Shown piece by piece: positions 25,010 through 38,099 of a stretch of DNA of 64,000 nt. The notes under the pieces were generated by a model that saw only the letters and a program-made list of their open reading frames with translations, was not told the origin of the DNA and did not search any database. Each line of letters starts with the position of its first letter. Position 1 is the first letter of the stretch. The translations under genes and the position numbers were made by a program. Source of the DNA: Rhynchobatus australiae (taxonomy: Eukaryota); assembly GCA_034780895.1 (NCBI GenBank), contig JAUZTB010000042.1, positions 13,093,652 through 13,157,651 on the forward strand, in the 5' to 3' direction.

Positions 25010-27899
25010 GTCCTATTGGAAGGGGGAAGGTAAGAGGTGTATGCTCACACTATATGCACATTGTGAATAAGAAAAGATTGTAGGACTGGGAGGTACCTAA
25101 AGTGAAAGAGAGGATTATATTTTTGGACACCATCACTTCCAATGCTGTTGGCAATGGCTTCCACTCCAAAGAAGGTAAACAGGGAGATAAGGCTGCTGCT
25201 CTGATTATACACTGCTTTTCCCCATAAGGAAAGGAAAGTGTGCCAGTGAAAGTCATTCATTGTGGTTGGATTAAATGGCAGCACGCGCCGGCTGTGAGAT
25301 ATGGGTATGGGGCTTGCAACAGTTGTGATGATGGGGTGTACCTGTGATTGTTAGATACGGGTTCTTATTGATCAAGATGCATGGTGTAACTGTTGAGACA
25401 CAGAATTTGAAGAAACATTCGCTTGACAGCGCATGAGTTCATTGAACTACTAATGGCACTGCATCTAGATCCTTAAGACTTGAATTCTGGCAGAGATGGC
25501 CATGGTTACCTTCAGAGGATCTCCTGGCTGCCTGTGGATAAAGCGCACCTTCTCTTGTCCTGCAACCAGAGCTCCAGTAAAACCTCAAAGAAACTTCTTC
25601 AGTGGTGTCCAATCAGTTTTAATCCAGGTTGCCCGCCAGAACCTTACATTACCACAGTGCACTTCTCCTTCAAGAAGTGCAGTCTGGATTTAAATTGTGC
25701 AGGCCAGCTTTAAGCAATTGGTCTCCTGCTGAGGTAGGCAACGCTGAGTAGTGCATTAAGCATTGGCTGGATGCTGAAGTCAATAAATGAGAGGACAGTG
25801 CACAAATGATGTGTTGCTGACATCGAAAATAACTTGCACNNNNNNNNNNNNNNNNNNNNAACCTGTTTTCCTCGCATTGTCCCTTAACCTCTAACACCTG
25901 GATATAAATCCATCCCGGGCTGACATCTAAGTGTCTCTCTACTTGCTGCAAGTACCCCAGCCATGCCTGATACCTCAACAAATTCATCTAATGAAGAGCT
26001 GGATCATACCAGCTCGAGGAGTTACAGGTGGATATGAGGACAGAATAAGAATCAGCTATGATGCCTTCTGCAGTTAAAAAGCCAACACCCACTGCCAGGA
26101 CTTAGTTGCCACTGCCAACACCCACTGCCTAGTTTTCACTTTGAAAGTGACCGGTGTCCAAGCAAAGGACCGTGCATCTCTTGGGAAAGCAAAGAGCCCC
26201 TATCTCAAGAGAAGATTAGCCAAGTGGACACTGCTCGTAACATAATCTGTCCGCAGTTGCCAACAAATTGGAATCTCATTCACAGGGTATTTGTGGATGG
26301 TGCAGTAGCACTGATGGGGAATACTCTTCTGAGGTTTGGGTACAAGCCTGGGGCACTGTGAATGGCCTTTTCCTAAGTAGCTGGCTAGTCGAGATACTCT
26401 AGCCAACCAGGAAGTTTTCAATATACTGTGCACCAAAAATTAAACATGTTCCAATTTTGACCACAAAACCTTTACTTTTGAAAATATAGATATCCTTTTA
26501 TTTAAAGGTACTGCTTTTTGTAAGGCTATGATACAGGTTAAATGATAACATGTGNNNNNNNNNNNNNNNNNNNNNNNNNNNNNNNNNNNNNNNNNNNNNN
26601 NNNNNNNNNNNNNNNNNNNNNNNNNNNNNNNNNNNNNNNNNNNNNNNNNNNNNNTTCCTTTTTGTAAATTTATGAAAGCTCTTGCTGTTTATTTTGATAT
26701 TTCTCACTGCTTTATTTCATTATCAATTTTCTCTCAGCATGTTAGTTTTTTAGTGCTCCGGTCTCTGAACAAGTCCCTGTCTGCAGGTCTACCACTGGCT
26801 TTTGTCACGTTGTATGTCTTTGATTTAATAACTATGTCCTTTCATGAAAGCTTTTACCTTTTTATTATGGCAATTTATTTAAATATGTGCACCATCGCAA
26901 ATATTTTGATAACAGCAGTTCACAGTCATCACCTCAATGTGCTAGCTGTACTGTGTGCAAGGTTTTGAACCAAATAAGTCTCGTTGACACTTCTGTCTGT
27001 TGGAATATGGGCGACCAAAGTGAAACTTACCTCTCGTGCCAACTTTTTTTTTAAAGACAGAACTAGGCAGTTGTAACGGAAATATTGTCAGCTGTTTCAA
27101 GCAGACTCGTTGCTAATATGTGCGAAGACAATGATTTTTCTGGAAGTGGTGATGCCCTGCAGGGGTAGAATAATTAGCATCCATCCAGCTGGCACTTCAG
27201 AAGACACCAAACCCACATTAGCAGCTCTAACTTGGGTTTGGTATTTTTACTGAATCTTGCAGGCATATGCTTCATCTCTCCAGCATTTTATTTTTGTCTG
27301 TGTTGCAATTTGTTAAGTGCCAAATCCTCAAGAGGCAGACGGGCTAAACACATCAAGAAAACTAGAATAGAATTGGCATTTCCTAATTGTAACTGTCAAA
27401 AACCGCTAAGCACATAACTTCCGCGAAAAGTTGTTTTATCCACTTAACAGTGTTATCCGTTTAGGAGCTTAATCGCACCTTGTTTTGTTAGACAGCATTT
27501 TTATCATCTGAGAAAAGAGCTTGTTTATCAAATGATCTGATTAGATGTGTTTGTCTGGTAACGTCGGCTTATCGAGCTCAGAATTGACCCAAAAGCAAAC
27601 GATATGCTCGGAATTGAAACCTCATTAAAATTAATGCTTAGCTGCCATGCTGAGTTTTTGATCTTGGCTCTGCCTTTGGGAGATGTGCCAAGCAGAAGCT
27701 GGGCAATGCCTCAGCCCTCTGAGCAACAACGAGTATCACCTGATTCTTTCCAAAGTTCGAAGTGTGGGAGAGTCACAAACGTGAGGCAGCTCCACACCTT
27801 TATATTACTAAAATTACTCCCTTATCTTGATGCGTGCACCCTGAGCCATTGGAAAAAATCAGATGAGTGGTAACAGAAGCTGTAGACATAATTTCTTGC

Positions 27900-28220
27900 T
27901 TGTACTTGGATGTTTGAGGGCAGGAGAGTTGCCAATGTAGTACTTCAGTTCAAGAGAGGGAAAAAGAAATTAATTTAATTATAGATCTATTGGTTTGGAG
28001 AATATGGTCGGCAATAATTCAAGGTAAAGTGGTTGTCATTTTGAACTACAAAACTAATCATGAGCGGCTGCTGTGGATTTGTTCATTGATTTTTTTAAAA
28101 AATACATTAGTTTATTGAAGAGTGATGGATTAGATATATAAAGGCAATGCAACTGGATTAAATGGATTTTCAAAAGACATTCAATGAGGTGCCATAGGAA
28201 GTATTTTTTACAATAATTCA
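27900..28220 (+). mobile_element. CR1 ORF2 fragment
   Basis: gccaatgtagtacttcagttcaagagaggg...aattatagatctatt (ANV..FK.G...NYR) and atggattttcaaaagacattcaatgaggtgccatag (DFQKAFDKVPH-like). Confidence 0.6.
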
Positions 28221-31200
28221 TTTGTACAATAGGGGGTGTGCAGACCTTCTCAGTTCCTATTTCAAAATGGGATACCATGGGATTTTCCACATTATGTTGA
28301 GAGAGTGGATGTGGGTTCTTACTAACATCACATCTTCACCATCTCCAACATGGCAGTACTTCTTTACAACTGAGGTGCCAGTCTAGATTATGTGTTAAAG
28401 TTCCTGTCATGTTTCAAACCCACAACCTAGGAGTAGCCTTGGAATGAATGTCAAGGCTGAGAGAGTTGTCCAAATGGGACAACGTTTGACATTGTATACC
28501 TATTGGTCCAGTATCAGGCCTACATTTATTCAATTGGAACATAGAAATTGGACTGTTTTTGCTGGAACAAGCTTGGAGATTTTTAAATAATACAAGGGTT
28601 TATTAAGATGTCTTCAGAAAAGTTTGTGCCGAGTGTGTTCGTTGAATGAGTTCATTGCCAATGAAGAATCAGTAGGTTGAACTTCATGTGGACAATTGGA
28701 GAAAACAGCATGAATGTTTCAGCATAGAAAGTGTTAAAAAGCATTGATAAATGAAGGAAAAAAATGTATAAACTAAAAACAGAGGAAGTACAGGACAGNN
28801 NNNNNNNNNNNNNNNNNNNNNNNNNNNNNNNNNNNNNNNNNNNNNNNNNNNNNNNNNNNNNNNNNNNNNNNNNNNNNNNNNNNNNNNNNNNNNNNNNNNN
28901 NNNNNNNNNNNNNNNNNNNNNNNNNNNNNNNNNNNNNNNNNNNNNNNNNNNNNNNNNNNNNNNNNNNNNNNNNNNNNNNNNNNNNNNNNNNNNNNNNNNN
29001 NNACGAATGTGGCTCGCCTAAAAACCAAGTTCCAGAAGCACCAGATGTAAAAGTGCTTTGGAAAGAGGCTGAAATCCAGCTGACACTGTGGCTGAGCAAT
29101 ATAGCAAAGATGATCAAAAAAAAATCATAGAAGTACACAGTGTTGGCTCTTTTGCATGCAGTTGAATTACAACATTAAGACAATTTGTTATGTTGCACTG
29201 ATTTTCTTTTCATAACTCTTTTGTCTAACATTTGGATCTTGCCGCTCAGAAGCAAGTAAAGATTGGACATTTCACCATTTGACCCAAATTGTTTCTGCCA
29301 CCCACTCCCGGGTATCACAATAAATCCTCATCTGGACTATCAGTAGCAGTTGGGCAGAGGGACAGGGTGATGATTTTACAACTGAATCCTTTGTAAGGAA
29401 TTTTCTATTGCCATGAATTCTACCCAAAATTCTGTATCACCCTAATTCAAGCAATCTTGAATTTAACAGCCCATTCGGGAAAACACTGGCAAACAATGAT
29501 TTTGGCCCTCACTCTCTCAGCAGTGCATTCATCGTAGTGTGTGGGTGTCTGCTCAGTTTGTAACAAAGAATGTATGTGTGCTTTTCAGAGAAAACTATTA
29601 AGTTGATGTTTAAGCTTATTCTTCCACACTACAAGGATCTAGAAGAAAGGCTGCTGTGGGGGTGGGAGTGGTGTGCTGGAGAGGTGGGCTGGCAAATAAT
29701 GAACTCTTGAATATTGGTTTCATTTTGCACTTTACTGAATCATCACATCTCTGAAATGAACAAAAGGCAGTTAGACTATGTAGGAGAAAAAGAGCAGGAT
29801 TGATTGAACTCAGGACTGATTATCTCAGGCTCAGATATTGCGAGTACTTTATATCAGGTCCAAAAACAGCATAAATGCATTAGGCACATTTTCTTCACTT
29901 TCTTCCCAGGAAGGTTTCTCTTCTTTGGGCAGAAAGTTTGCAGGTGTGTCAAAAATCTGATTAAGATCCATTCTCTTGATTGTCCATTACCTTACGCTAT
30001 TGATTACTTTTCAGAGCTTCTTCCAAAACCAGGGTGAAAGAGTGACCAGCGTTCCACTGACGTGAATTATATGCAGAGAGGCTCAGATCTTCCACTTAAG
30101 TTTCCTCTCATTGAAGTCGAGGGGTAATTACATATAGGGGACATCCCAGGGGACTGATCTGTTCCAAGACTCCTTAAGCATGGTGGGCCTGACAGAGATA
30201 CGCAAAAGTGTGAATAGGAGCTTAGGGCAAGGTCAATCATTCCTTTGAGTGGAGAACAGTAACCAGAGGCACCAAAAGGACTCTAAAGATTCAGCAGCTG
30301 GTATGCACGTCTGTAAACTGTATAGTTACCAATGATACTGAAGTCTTGCAGAATTCAGGTTGAATCTCTTGAACACTCTTGTGAGCAGATTTTTGTTTGG
30401 ATTCTTTTATGAATTATTTATTTAAAAATTGTAGATCATGGGAGTAGTGTTGAAAGCAAGAGGTGTGAAGACTGGTTGACTGGCAGTGAGTTGGCCAACA
30501 GAGAGCTTGTTATCTCTCCAAAGGGTGTGGCAAGACAGCAGGCCATAGGAAAAGATCTGTCTGGTGACCAGTAGCAGAAGATTAGGGACAGAATGGTTGC
30601 AAGCATCAAGTCGCATGATGAACGCTCCAGGAATTGTCCAGTATAGTTGACAGCACTCTCCGAACAGCAACCAATCTCCTTTGCCCAGCCTTCTTTCTCG
30701 TGTGGGAGCCAACCGGGGGTTCGAGGACAGTATTCAAAAAGGCATTATGTTATTTTAATTTAGTCACTTGATTGTGAGAACAACCTGAAGTGGAGGATAA
30801 AATTTCTCAAGTGTTCTTAGGTGAAGTAATTACCTATTGTTCTTTGTCCAAGGAGTTAATTCCTTTGTCAAAATGCCAATAAAAATTAAATGCAATGGAC
30901 AATATCTATTCCAGCTGAAAAATACAATTAAATAATCATTAGAGGTTGAATGCAAAAATTCCCAAACCACTTCAATCCATAGAGCCATATTCAAATCCAG
31001 TCCCAAGCACTCATTTAACAGCCATAATCACAGCATCTAAGCCAGCCATAAATAAAATGAACTGAACAAGATAATATGCATTCATCTGTTCACACTCATC
31101 TTCTTGTGAATTACCCATTATCGACACTGTAATTATTAACACTTGATTAGCCTTGACCAGTGAGAATCCTTTAATCCTCCACACCTGTTCTGTATGTAGC

Positions 31201-31616
31201 CTGTGATCTGCTTTCTTGTCTCTTTATTTTATCTCATGTTAGCATATTGTTTTCTGCCTTTCAATGTATTCACCTCCTTGTTTTGTTTCTCGTATCTCCT
31301 GTGTTTTAAAATGGAGCATCAGTTTATTCCACAGTCATTTGGTTGGCACAGTGCGAGGGAGGCTGTCGTTATATATTTGTGTGTATGCGAGCATTGAACT
31401 TTCCTCATCCCTCATCAAGAAAATCAGTGGGAACCTCAGAGAATGGATGGAAACAGCAAAAGCTAAACGGGAGATCAGGGGAAATTCTGCAGAGAGCACT
31501 GGCAACAATGGCCCAAATCTCATCTGAAATCAAATGGGTTGAGATCAGATCAGAATACAAAACCATCCTGTGCTATTTCTGCTGGTCTCAACAACAGTTT
31601 TCCAACCCAGGATTTA

Positions 31617-32005
31617 GGTGGCACAGTGGCACACCTAATAGAGCTGTGACCTCACAGCTCCAGTGGCCTGGGTTCAGTCCCGACCTCGGGTGTTCTCCGT
31701 TTGCACGTTCTCCTTGTGATCTCATAGGGTTTCTCTGAATTCCCTGTTTTCCTCCCACAGTCCAAGGACGTGCAGGTTGGTAGGTTGCAACGCACACAAA
31801 ATGCTGGAGGGACTCAGCAGGTCAGGCAGCATCTATGGAAGGAAATAAACAGTTGACATTTCGGGTCGAGACCTTTCATCAGGACCCAAACTCAGAAGGG
31901 CATGTGAGGAAAATACATTACAGGGAAAACCAATGAGGGAATGGGAATGCTGTTAGAGCCAGCATAGACTTGATAGGCTGACTGGCCACTGTCTGTGTCA
32001 TAAGG
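31617..32005 (+). mobile_element. V-SINE interrupted by a Penelope-like repeat
   Basis: 5' part 31617-31786 (gggttcagtcc B box, cctcccacagtccaaggacgtgcagg). The 3' part appears to resume at ~31890 (ccagcatagacttgataggctgactggcc). Confidence 0.7.
31787..31885 (-). mobile_element. Penelope-like terminal repeat with minimal hammerhead core
   Basis: Reverse complement of 31850-31885 is gtc-CTGATGA-a-aGGTC-tc-GACCc-GAAA-tg-TC-aactg, followed by the family body (gatgctgcctgacctgctgagtccctccagcatttt). Confidence 0.65.
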
Positions 32006-32014
32006 AAATACAGA

Positions 32015-32168
32015 AAATATCTGAAGCAGCAATCTACTGACTGATGCAGGGTTTCAGCCCAAAACATTGACCGTTCCTTTCTCCCTACAGATGCTGCTTA
32101 ACCCACTGAGTTCCTCCAGCAGATTGTTTGTTCCTTCAGATTCCAACCTCTGCAGTCTCTCGTGTCTC
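32015..32168 (+). mobile_element. Penelope-like repeat with degenerate hammerhead core
   Basis: ctgatgc-a-GGGTT-tc-AGCCC-aaaa-cattgac, then acagatgctgcttaacccactgagttcctccagcag...ctgcagtctctcgtgtctc. Confidence 0.6.
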
Positions 32169-32479
32169 TGGAAGCTATCTGAAACAGGAGCAAACTTGCC
32201 AAGAATCTGCCTATTTAATGTGATAGAGGTTGTAACGTCTTCATTTGAGTTTGATTTTTAACCCTAGGAGGGCAGGTTTCCCAAGGCCAGCAGAGGAAAG
32301 GAAGCAGCAAGGCTGAATCCATGAGGCAACTACCTTAACTGTTTAAGGCCCAGGAGGCGTTTTTCCTCCAGGCGCAACAGCTAACCAGGCGCAACCTCCA
32401 CTCCTTTCCTCAGCCATCACCACAGTCAGTCTGCTTCCCACCAGCCAGCACAACCACCACTAATCACCTTCTAAGAGAG

Positions 32480-33480
32480 TTAAAGAGATGAAATGATGGA
32501 TGCGCCGGGGGTCAGAGTCAGAGGTGCAAGGAGAAGACACAAAGGGCTGGAGGAGGTCGCAGGGATAGTGGGAAGTGTGGGGGTAGGGTGTAGGGTGGAA
32601 GCGATGGCTTGATGGATCTTGGAAAAAAGATTAGGAGTTTTCAAATCATGGCATTGTTGGGTCAGGAGCCAGTGTAAATCAGCAAGCACATGTGTAAAGA
32701 GAGAACCTGCCTTGAGTTAGGAGTAGGGGAGGTAGAGACTCTCCCAACATCTAAGGAAAGTCTAGATAAGTAGTTGAATCGCTAAAGCAAAGAAGGCAAT
32801 GGACTAAGTGCTGGTAAAAGGGATTACTTGATGGTCAGCATGGACGTGGTGGGCCAAAGGGCCTGTTGCTGTTCTGTACAACTCTTTGATTCTAAACTAT
32901 AGGTGGTTTCAATTGAGGGCATCTATATATGGGAGAAGATTGAAGAGCAAGTCTTAAGGAAATGAAACATGGAGAAGATGATGTTAAGGAGGTGAAGTAG
33001 GCAGTTTTAGTAACGGAGATCAACCAGGTCAGTGGATCAAAATTAGCTTTTTGTTATCAATGGTCTGTCCCAACTTCAGACTTGTTCCCGGACTGGGAAT
33101 GATGGGCAGGAACTGATTTAGTGTGGTATTACCCATATTGAATTTGAGAAAGTTTCTGCACATGTAATGTTCAATGTCAGGAAAGAAGATAACAAATCCT
33201 AGTCAGTGTAGCGTTCCGTGGAGATGGGAGATTACATGGGATCTGAGAAATAATGCATTCATGTCAACATCCTTGAATGATGTTGTCAGGTAGCATACAG
33301 TTGAGAAATGGAAGGATCTTTGAATGATGTTGACGGGCAGCATACAGTTGAGAAATGGAAGGAGACTAAAGAGAGATCGTTGAGGAACTTAAGACATAAA
33401 GATGTGTGACTGGGAGTTAAACCATTCCAGGTGATATACTGGAATAAAAACAATATGGTCGAGCTTGACATTGGTGGCAA
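32480..33480 (-). mobile_element. L2-clade LINE remnant
   Basis: ORF 32480-32689 begins LADLHWLLTQQCHDLKTPNLFSKIH (cf. L2 LADLHWLPV..RI.FKIL.L.FK.LH). A CR1-type 3' tail is inserted at ~32735-32895. The right-hand boundary is approximate. Confidence 0.6.
33269..33362 (+). repeat. 47-bp tandem duplication
   Basis: atccttgaatgatgttgtcaggtagcatacagttgagaaatggaagg is followed by atctttgaatgatgttgacgggcagcatacagttgagaaatggaagg (4 substitutions). Confidence 0.92.
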
Positions 33481-33740
33481 GATTTCAAAGTTGGATAAAA
33501 TAGTCAAGAGGTATTACAAGGGGAACAGGGGACTAAAGGTCACCAACATTATGAATTTTGTATGAGTTCTATTGTTTTAGGACCGGTGAGGCAGCAATCA
33601 AGTTAGATGTTTTTGAAAATATGGCTGAGGGAAAGATAANNNNNNNNNNNNNNNNNNNNNNNNNNNNNNNNNNNNNNNNNNNNNNNNNNNNNNNNNNNNN
33701 NNNNNNNNNNNNNNNNNNNNNNNNNNNNNNNNNNNNNNNG

Positions 33741-34285
33741 ACCCTCCAGAGTAAACAATCCAAGCTTGTCCAGCCTCTCCTTTTGGCTAATGTACTCCCA
33801 TCCAGGCAACCTCTTCTGCACCCTTTCTGAAGTATCCACATCCTTCCTGCAGTGTGATGACCAGAACAGCACACAACACTCCAAATGTGGCCTAATTAAA
33901 GTTTTATACAGTTGCAAAATGACTTCTCATGTTTTATACTCAGTGCCCCGACCGACAAAGTTAAGCATGTTGTATGCCTTCTTTACCACCCTATCCACTT
34001 GTGTTGCCACCTTCAGAGGGACTTGAACCCCAAGATCCCTCTGTATATCAATGCTCCTAAGAGTCCTGCCATTTACTGTATACTTTCCTCTTGCATTTGA
34101 CCTCCTAAAATGCACAGCATTACACTTGTCTGGATTAAATTCCATCTGCTATTTCTCCTTCTGAATTTCCAACTCATCTATATCCTGCTGTATCCTTTGA
34201 TAACCTTCCTCGCTTTTCACAACTCCACCAATTTTTGTGTCATCTGTAAATTTACTCATCAAACCACCTACAATTTCATCTAGTC
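33741..34285 (-). mobile_element. CR1 LINE ORF2 C-terminal fragment, relatively young
   Basis: MEFNPDKCNAVHF...QRDLGVQV..LKVATQVDRVVKKAY and LYKTLIRPHLECCVLFWS...ERLDKLGLFTLE. Confidence 0.92.
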
Positions 34286-34644
34286 CTTTGGTGAACATGA
34301 AAGTGCAATGAATTGAAGTCCACTGCATGTAATATTAAAAAAAAACCAAAAGCACAAATCCTGTCCAGTTTTAGAGGTAAACAAAGGTATTTTTATTTAG
34401 TTTAACCTGCTACAGCTGCAGTCATGATTTGTTAATCTGGAGTTTCAATTCCAGACATCAAATTCTCGATATTAGTCCCAGAGTTAACATGGTATCAGTC
34501 ATGTTTTTGCTGTATGATTACTCTATTATTCTAGGGCACAATATAACTAAATCCTAGAATTGCCTGTGCAAAAGTGCTGTGGGAGTATCTTCTCCAGAAG
34601 GGCTCAGAAGTTCAAGAAGGCGTCCCATCACCATCTTCTCCGTA

Positions 34645-34826
34645 CAAGAGAAGGCACAAAGGAAATTTACAAGGATATTATAAGGACTGCAGCTATGAGG
34701 AAAAATTAATAAGTTTGGCTTTATTTGTTTTGGAATGCAGGAGACTGAGTGGAGACTTAATGGAGGTATATAAAAGTAGATTTGGTCCAGTAGACTAAAT
34801 AGAAAAGATCTATTATCCTTATGGAN
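34645..34826 (+). mobile_element. CR1 ORF2 C-terminal fragment
   Basis: CSYEEKLISLALFVLECRRLSGDLMEVYK (cf. SYEERL..LGLFSLE.RRLRGDLIEVYK). Confidence 0.78.
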
Positions 34827-35220
34827 NNNNNNNNNNNNNNNNNNNNNNNNNNNNNNNNNNNNNNNNNNNNNNNNNNNNNNNNNNNNNNNNNNNNNNNNNN
34901 NNNNNNNNNNNNNNNNNNNNNNNNNNNNNNNNNNNNNNNNNNNNNNNNNNNNNNNNNNNNNNNNNNNNNNNNNNNNNNNNNNNNNNNNNNNNNNNNNNNN
35001 NNNNNNNNNNNNNNNNNNNNNNNNNNNNNNNNNNNNNNNNNNNNNNNNNNNNNNNNNNNNNNNNNNNNNNNNNNNNNNNNNNNNNNNNNNNNNNNNNNNN
35101 NNNNNNNNNNNNNNNNNNNNNNNNNNNNNNNNNNNNNNNNNNNNNNNNNNNNNNNNNNNNNNNNNNNNNNNNNNNNNNNNNNNNNNNNNNNNNNNNNNNN
35201 NNNNNNNNNNNNNNNNNNNN

Positions 35221-35298
<78 letters not shown>
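35221..35298 (+). repeat. (ACAG)n microsatellite abutting an N gap
   Basis: Uninterrupted acag tetramers, read directly. Confidence 0.97.
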
Positions 35299-35384
35299 TT
35301 TGCTTTGCCATCGGCTTTGTGCCATAATCAACCTGGGACCCAAAAAGAACCCACAAGTTGCTGTTCCCACTTGTTATTTCTCAA

Positions 35385-35705
35385 CTGCATTGTGAGGGTG
35401 GGTGCAATTTTCTGGGTATGATGTTAAACCAACACGCATTTTTTTATGTAAGTAAATGCAAGAGTTCCCCATGGCGCAATTCGAAGGAAAGCTAGGTGTG
35501 CTAGTCAATATTTGTCCCTTGGCCAACACCAGCAAAGCAAATTACTGGTTATTCATTCACCTATTTACTGTTTGTGTGACCTTGATAAGTGAGAATTGTT
35601 TGCCGCATTTGCCTCTGTAAGAACAAGGTGAGAAAGTGTGTATCGGCTATGAAGTGCTTGGGGACATCTCAAAGATCTGGAAGTTACTTAATACTCTGTT
35701 CTTTA
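35385..35705 (+). mobile_element. Old Deu-domain SINE (SacSINE1-like)
   Basis: gatgttaaacc...cccatggcgcaattcgaagg...gctagtcaatatttgtcccttggccaacacc...tactgtttgtgtgaccttg...gctatgaagtgcttggggacatc. Confidence 0.65.
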
Positions 35706-38099
35706 ATTCTAGACTGTGAGCATGTGTAGATGTTCAAGAAGGGCACGATTGAATGTGCTATAAATCTTGGCATGATTTCAACAGTCACTGTGCAGACTTG
35801 CACATGCAGAATTTCATGTGGTGCCAGAGGACTGTCAATATCCTTTAATAATTACCACTACACAGACTGCATCACAAGAGAAAAATAAAGAAATATAGTA
35901 CAGTGGATGCCAAAGAGATACAAACTGTAATCAGACAGAGGAATCCAGATGATATCCTCATTCCATAAGAATGAACCTTGGACTGATTAGAGTCAGGCTG
36001 ATAAATCATTCCTTACTAGCTGCAATTTTTTTATATCAGTAATAGATTCTGCTTTGTTTAATACTGTGGACGCGTTCAATTGTAGAACTCTTTGCTGCCA
36101 GCTGAGGCTGTCACTGTGCTGCCAACTTTGAGGGACCATTCACTATGATATTCCTTTGATTAAGATACCACTACAGTAACTTAAACATGCAGTTCTCAGC
36201 ATAAGATAGTCTCGTGTAAAAGTATGAAGCTTATTAAACTGGATGATGTGCATACTGTGGAGGCAGAAGTGTTTGTTTGGCTTGATAATGATCTTATAAT
36301 TAGACAAGTGTCACATGCTGAAAGCAGAAGGATTGCTGCACCGATAAATAGAACAGCAGGGTTTTTTGATTGTACTCTTCAGTATACTGGGTATGGTTAA
36401 CCGGTCTTCTGCTGGTATTGTGCTGCAGATGCAGATTCAGCATCTTTCCTTTCTATAAAGCAACACCAGCTTGAAGTTCTGTAGCAGTTTTAACATATCG
36501 ATCATGAAAGTACAAGCAGGTAAAATTTCAGAGTAAGCCAAAGATGGGGGGGGCATTAACGCTTGGACAGAGAGGTGAAATTTAAGGAGCTTTGAAAAGG
36601 GGTGGAGAAATAAGAGGAGATCCAAAAAATCCCACTGTAAGAATTAAAGATTTCTGAACTCCTGCTGAAATCCTCCAGTTTAATGTCTTTAGTGCAATAA
36701 TTCCTGTCAGGCCACGAGAAGAAACCTTTCAGCAGCACTGATTACTGCAGACGTGTCTGATGCAACACTATATTCAATTAGATGGAAGCTACATTTTAAA
36801 TTTTGCAATAGGAGAATTATTTCCATCTTTTTTTATGACTTTTTATTCACCAGTTCTTTTTCCTGAGCATCACAACAATCTGTTCGGCAGATAGGAATCA
36901 TTCTGACCCCTGTTGCATCCAGTGGAAATATTTCTTCTGCTGATGAAAGGGTTTTAGATCAAACTGACAAATTGAACGATGAGGTAAATTCTTGAAATNN
37001 NNNNNNNNNNNNNNNNNNNNNNNNNNNNNNNNNNNNNNNNNNNNNNNNNNNNNNNNNNNNNNNNNNNNNNNNNNNNNNNNNNNNNNNNNNNNNNNNNNNN
37101 NNNNNNNNNNNNNNNNNNNNNNNNNNNNNNNNNNNNNNNNNNNNNNNNNNNNNNNNNNNNNNGTTGCCTGTTGGTGCTCAGCAGGAGCTGGTAGCACTTC
37201 TCATTCTTTGCTTCTAATGGTCTGCTGCCCACCTAATTTCGCCTTATTGTCAGTCGCTACTTACCACAGCTTGAGCTCCTCCCTGGAGGCTAAATTATTA
37301 TCAAAGTATTAAGGAGATGTAGCCTTGTACCTCTGACATTTCTGCCTCCTTTTCTATGTCAGAACAGTAATTAGCTGTGACTAATTAAGAGAAATGTTCC
37401 CACTATTGAAAACTATGCAGGGAGCCACGGAATAGCAAGGGAGCACTAGGGCTGGGCAGTAGCTGGATTTATTGCACTGAAATAGGAAAGAGAACTAGAT
37501 CGCCTTTCAATGCAACCATTGCAAAAGATTTCTGATATCAGGGTAGCTGTTGCATCATTCCTGCTTGTTTGTGAAAAGCTCAAAGGAAGCTCCACGAGTG
37601 AAAACAAATGTTTTTCCTGTCACTTTCTGCTTGTCAAGTCTCTATTTAGCACCACAGTTGCATGAGCAATTTGTGTTTTGCTCTGTGTACTACACAAAAT
37701 ATTATCTGCTGATCAGCGTGGGCCCTGTTATTAGAAACTTCCTGCCAGTTTGTCACCATCGTCATTTGGGGTTAAATTCAATAAGGCCTGAAAATTGGGA
37801 CATGGTTTCCAATGCACGGTTAACTTGCACCCATTTAGTGGAATACGAACAAGACGCCAGCTTGGGAGTTTGCTAATTATAGGACTTTTGGGTCCATTCA
37901 TTGCTGACAATACTGCTCATTGGCTGAAGGCTTCAGCAGGGAGCAGGAGATGTGAGGAGCTAACAGCAGTGAAAACTAGCCTACACCTCCTAATGCAAGC
38001 CTGCGCCACTTAAAGGAGAGGTCCTTTGTCGGAGGACGACATGGTGACAGGCTTTTGACAAGAGAGCTAATGTGTGTGGTCAAGATAATTGAACCCAGC

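Noticed and set aside
36940-36966. ctgatgaaaggg hammerhead-like start (also ctgatgg at ~44903)
   Set aside because: No paired stem II followed by GAAA; too decayed to call.
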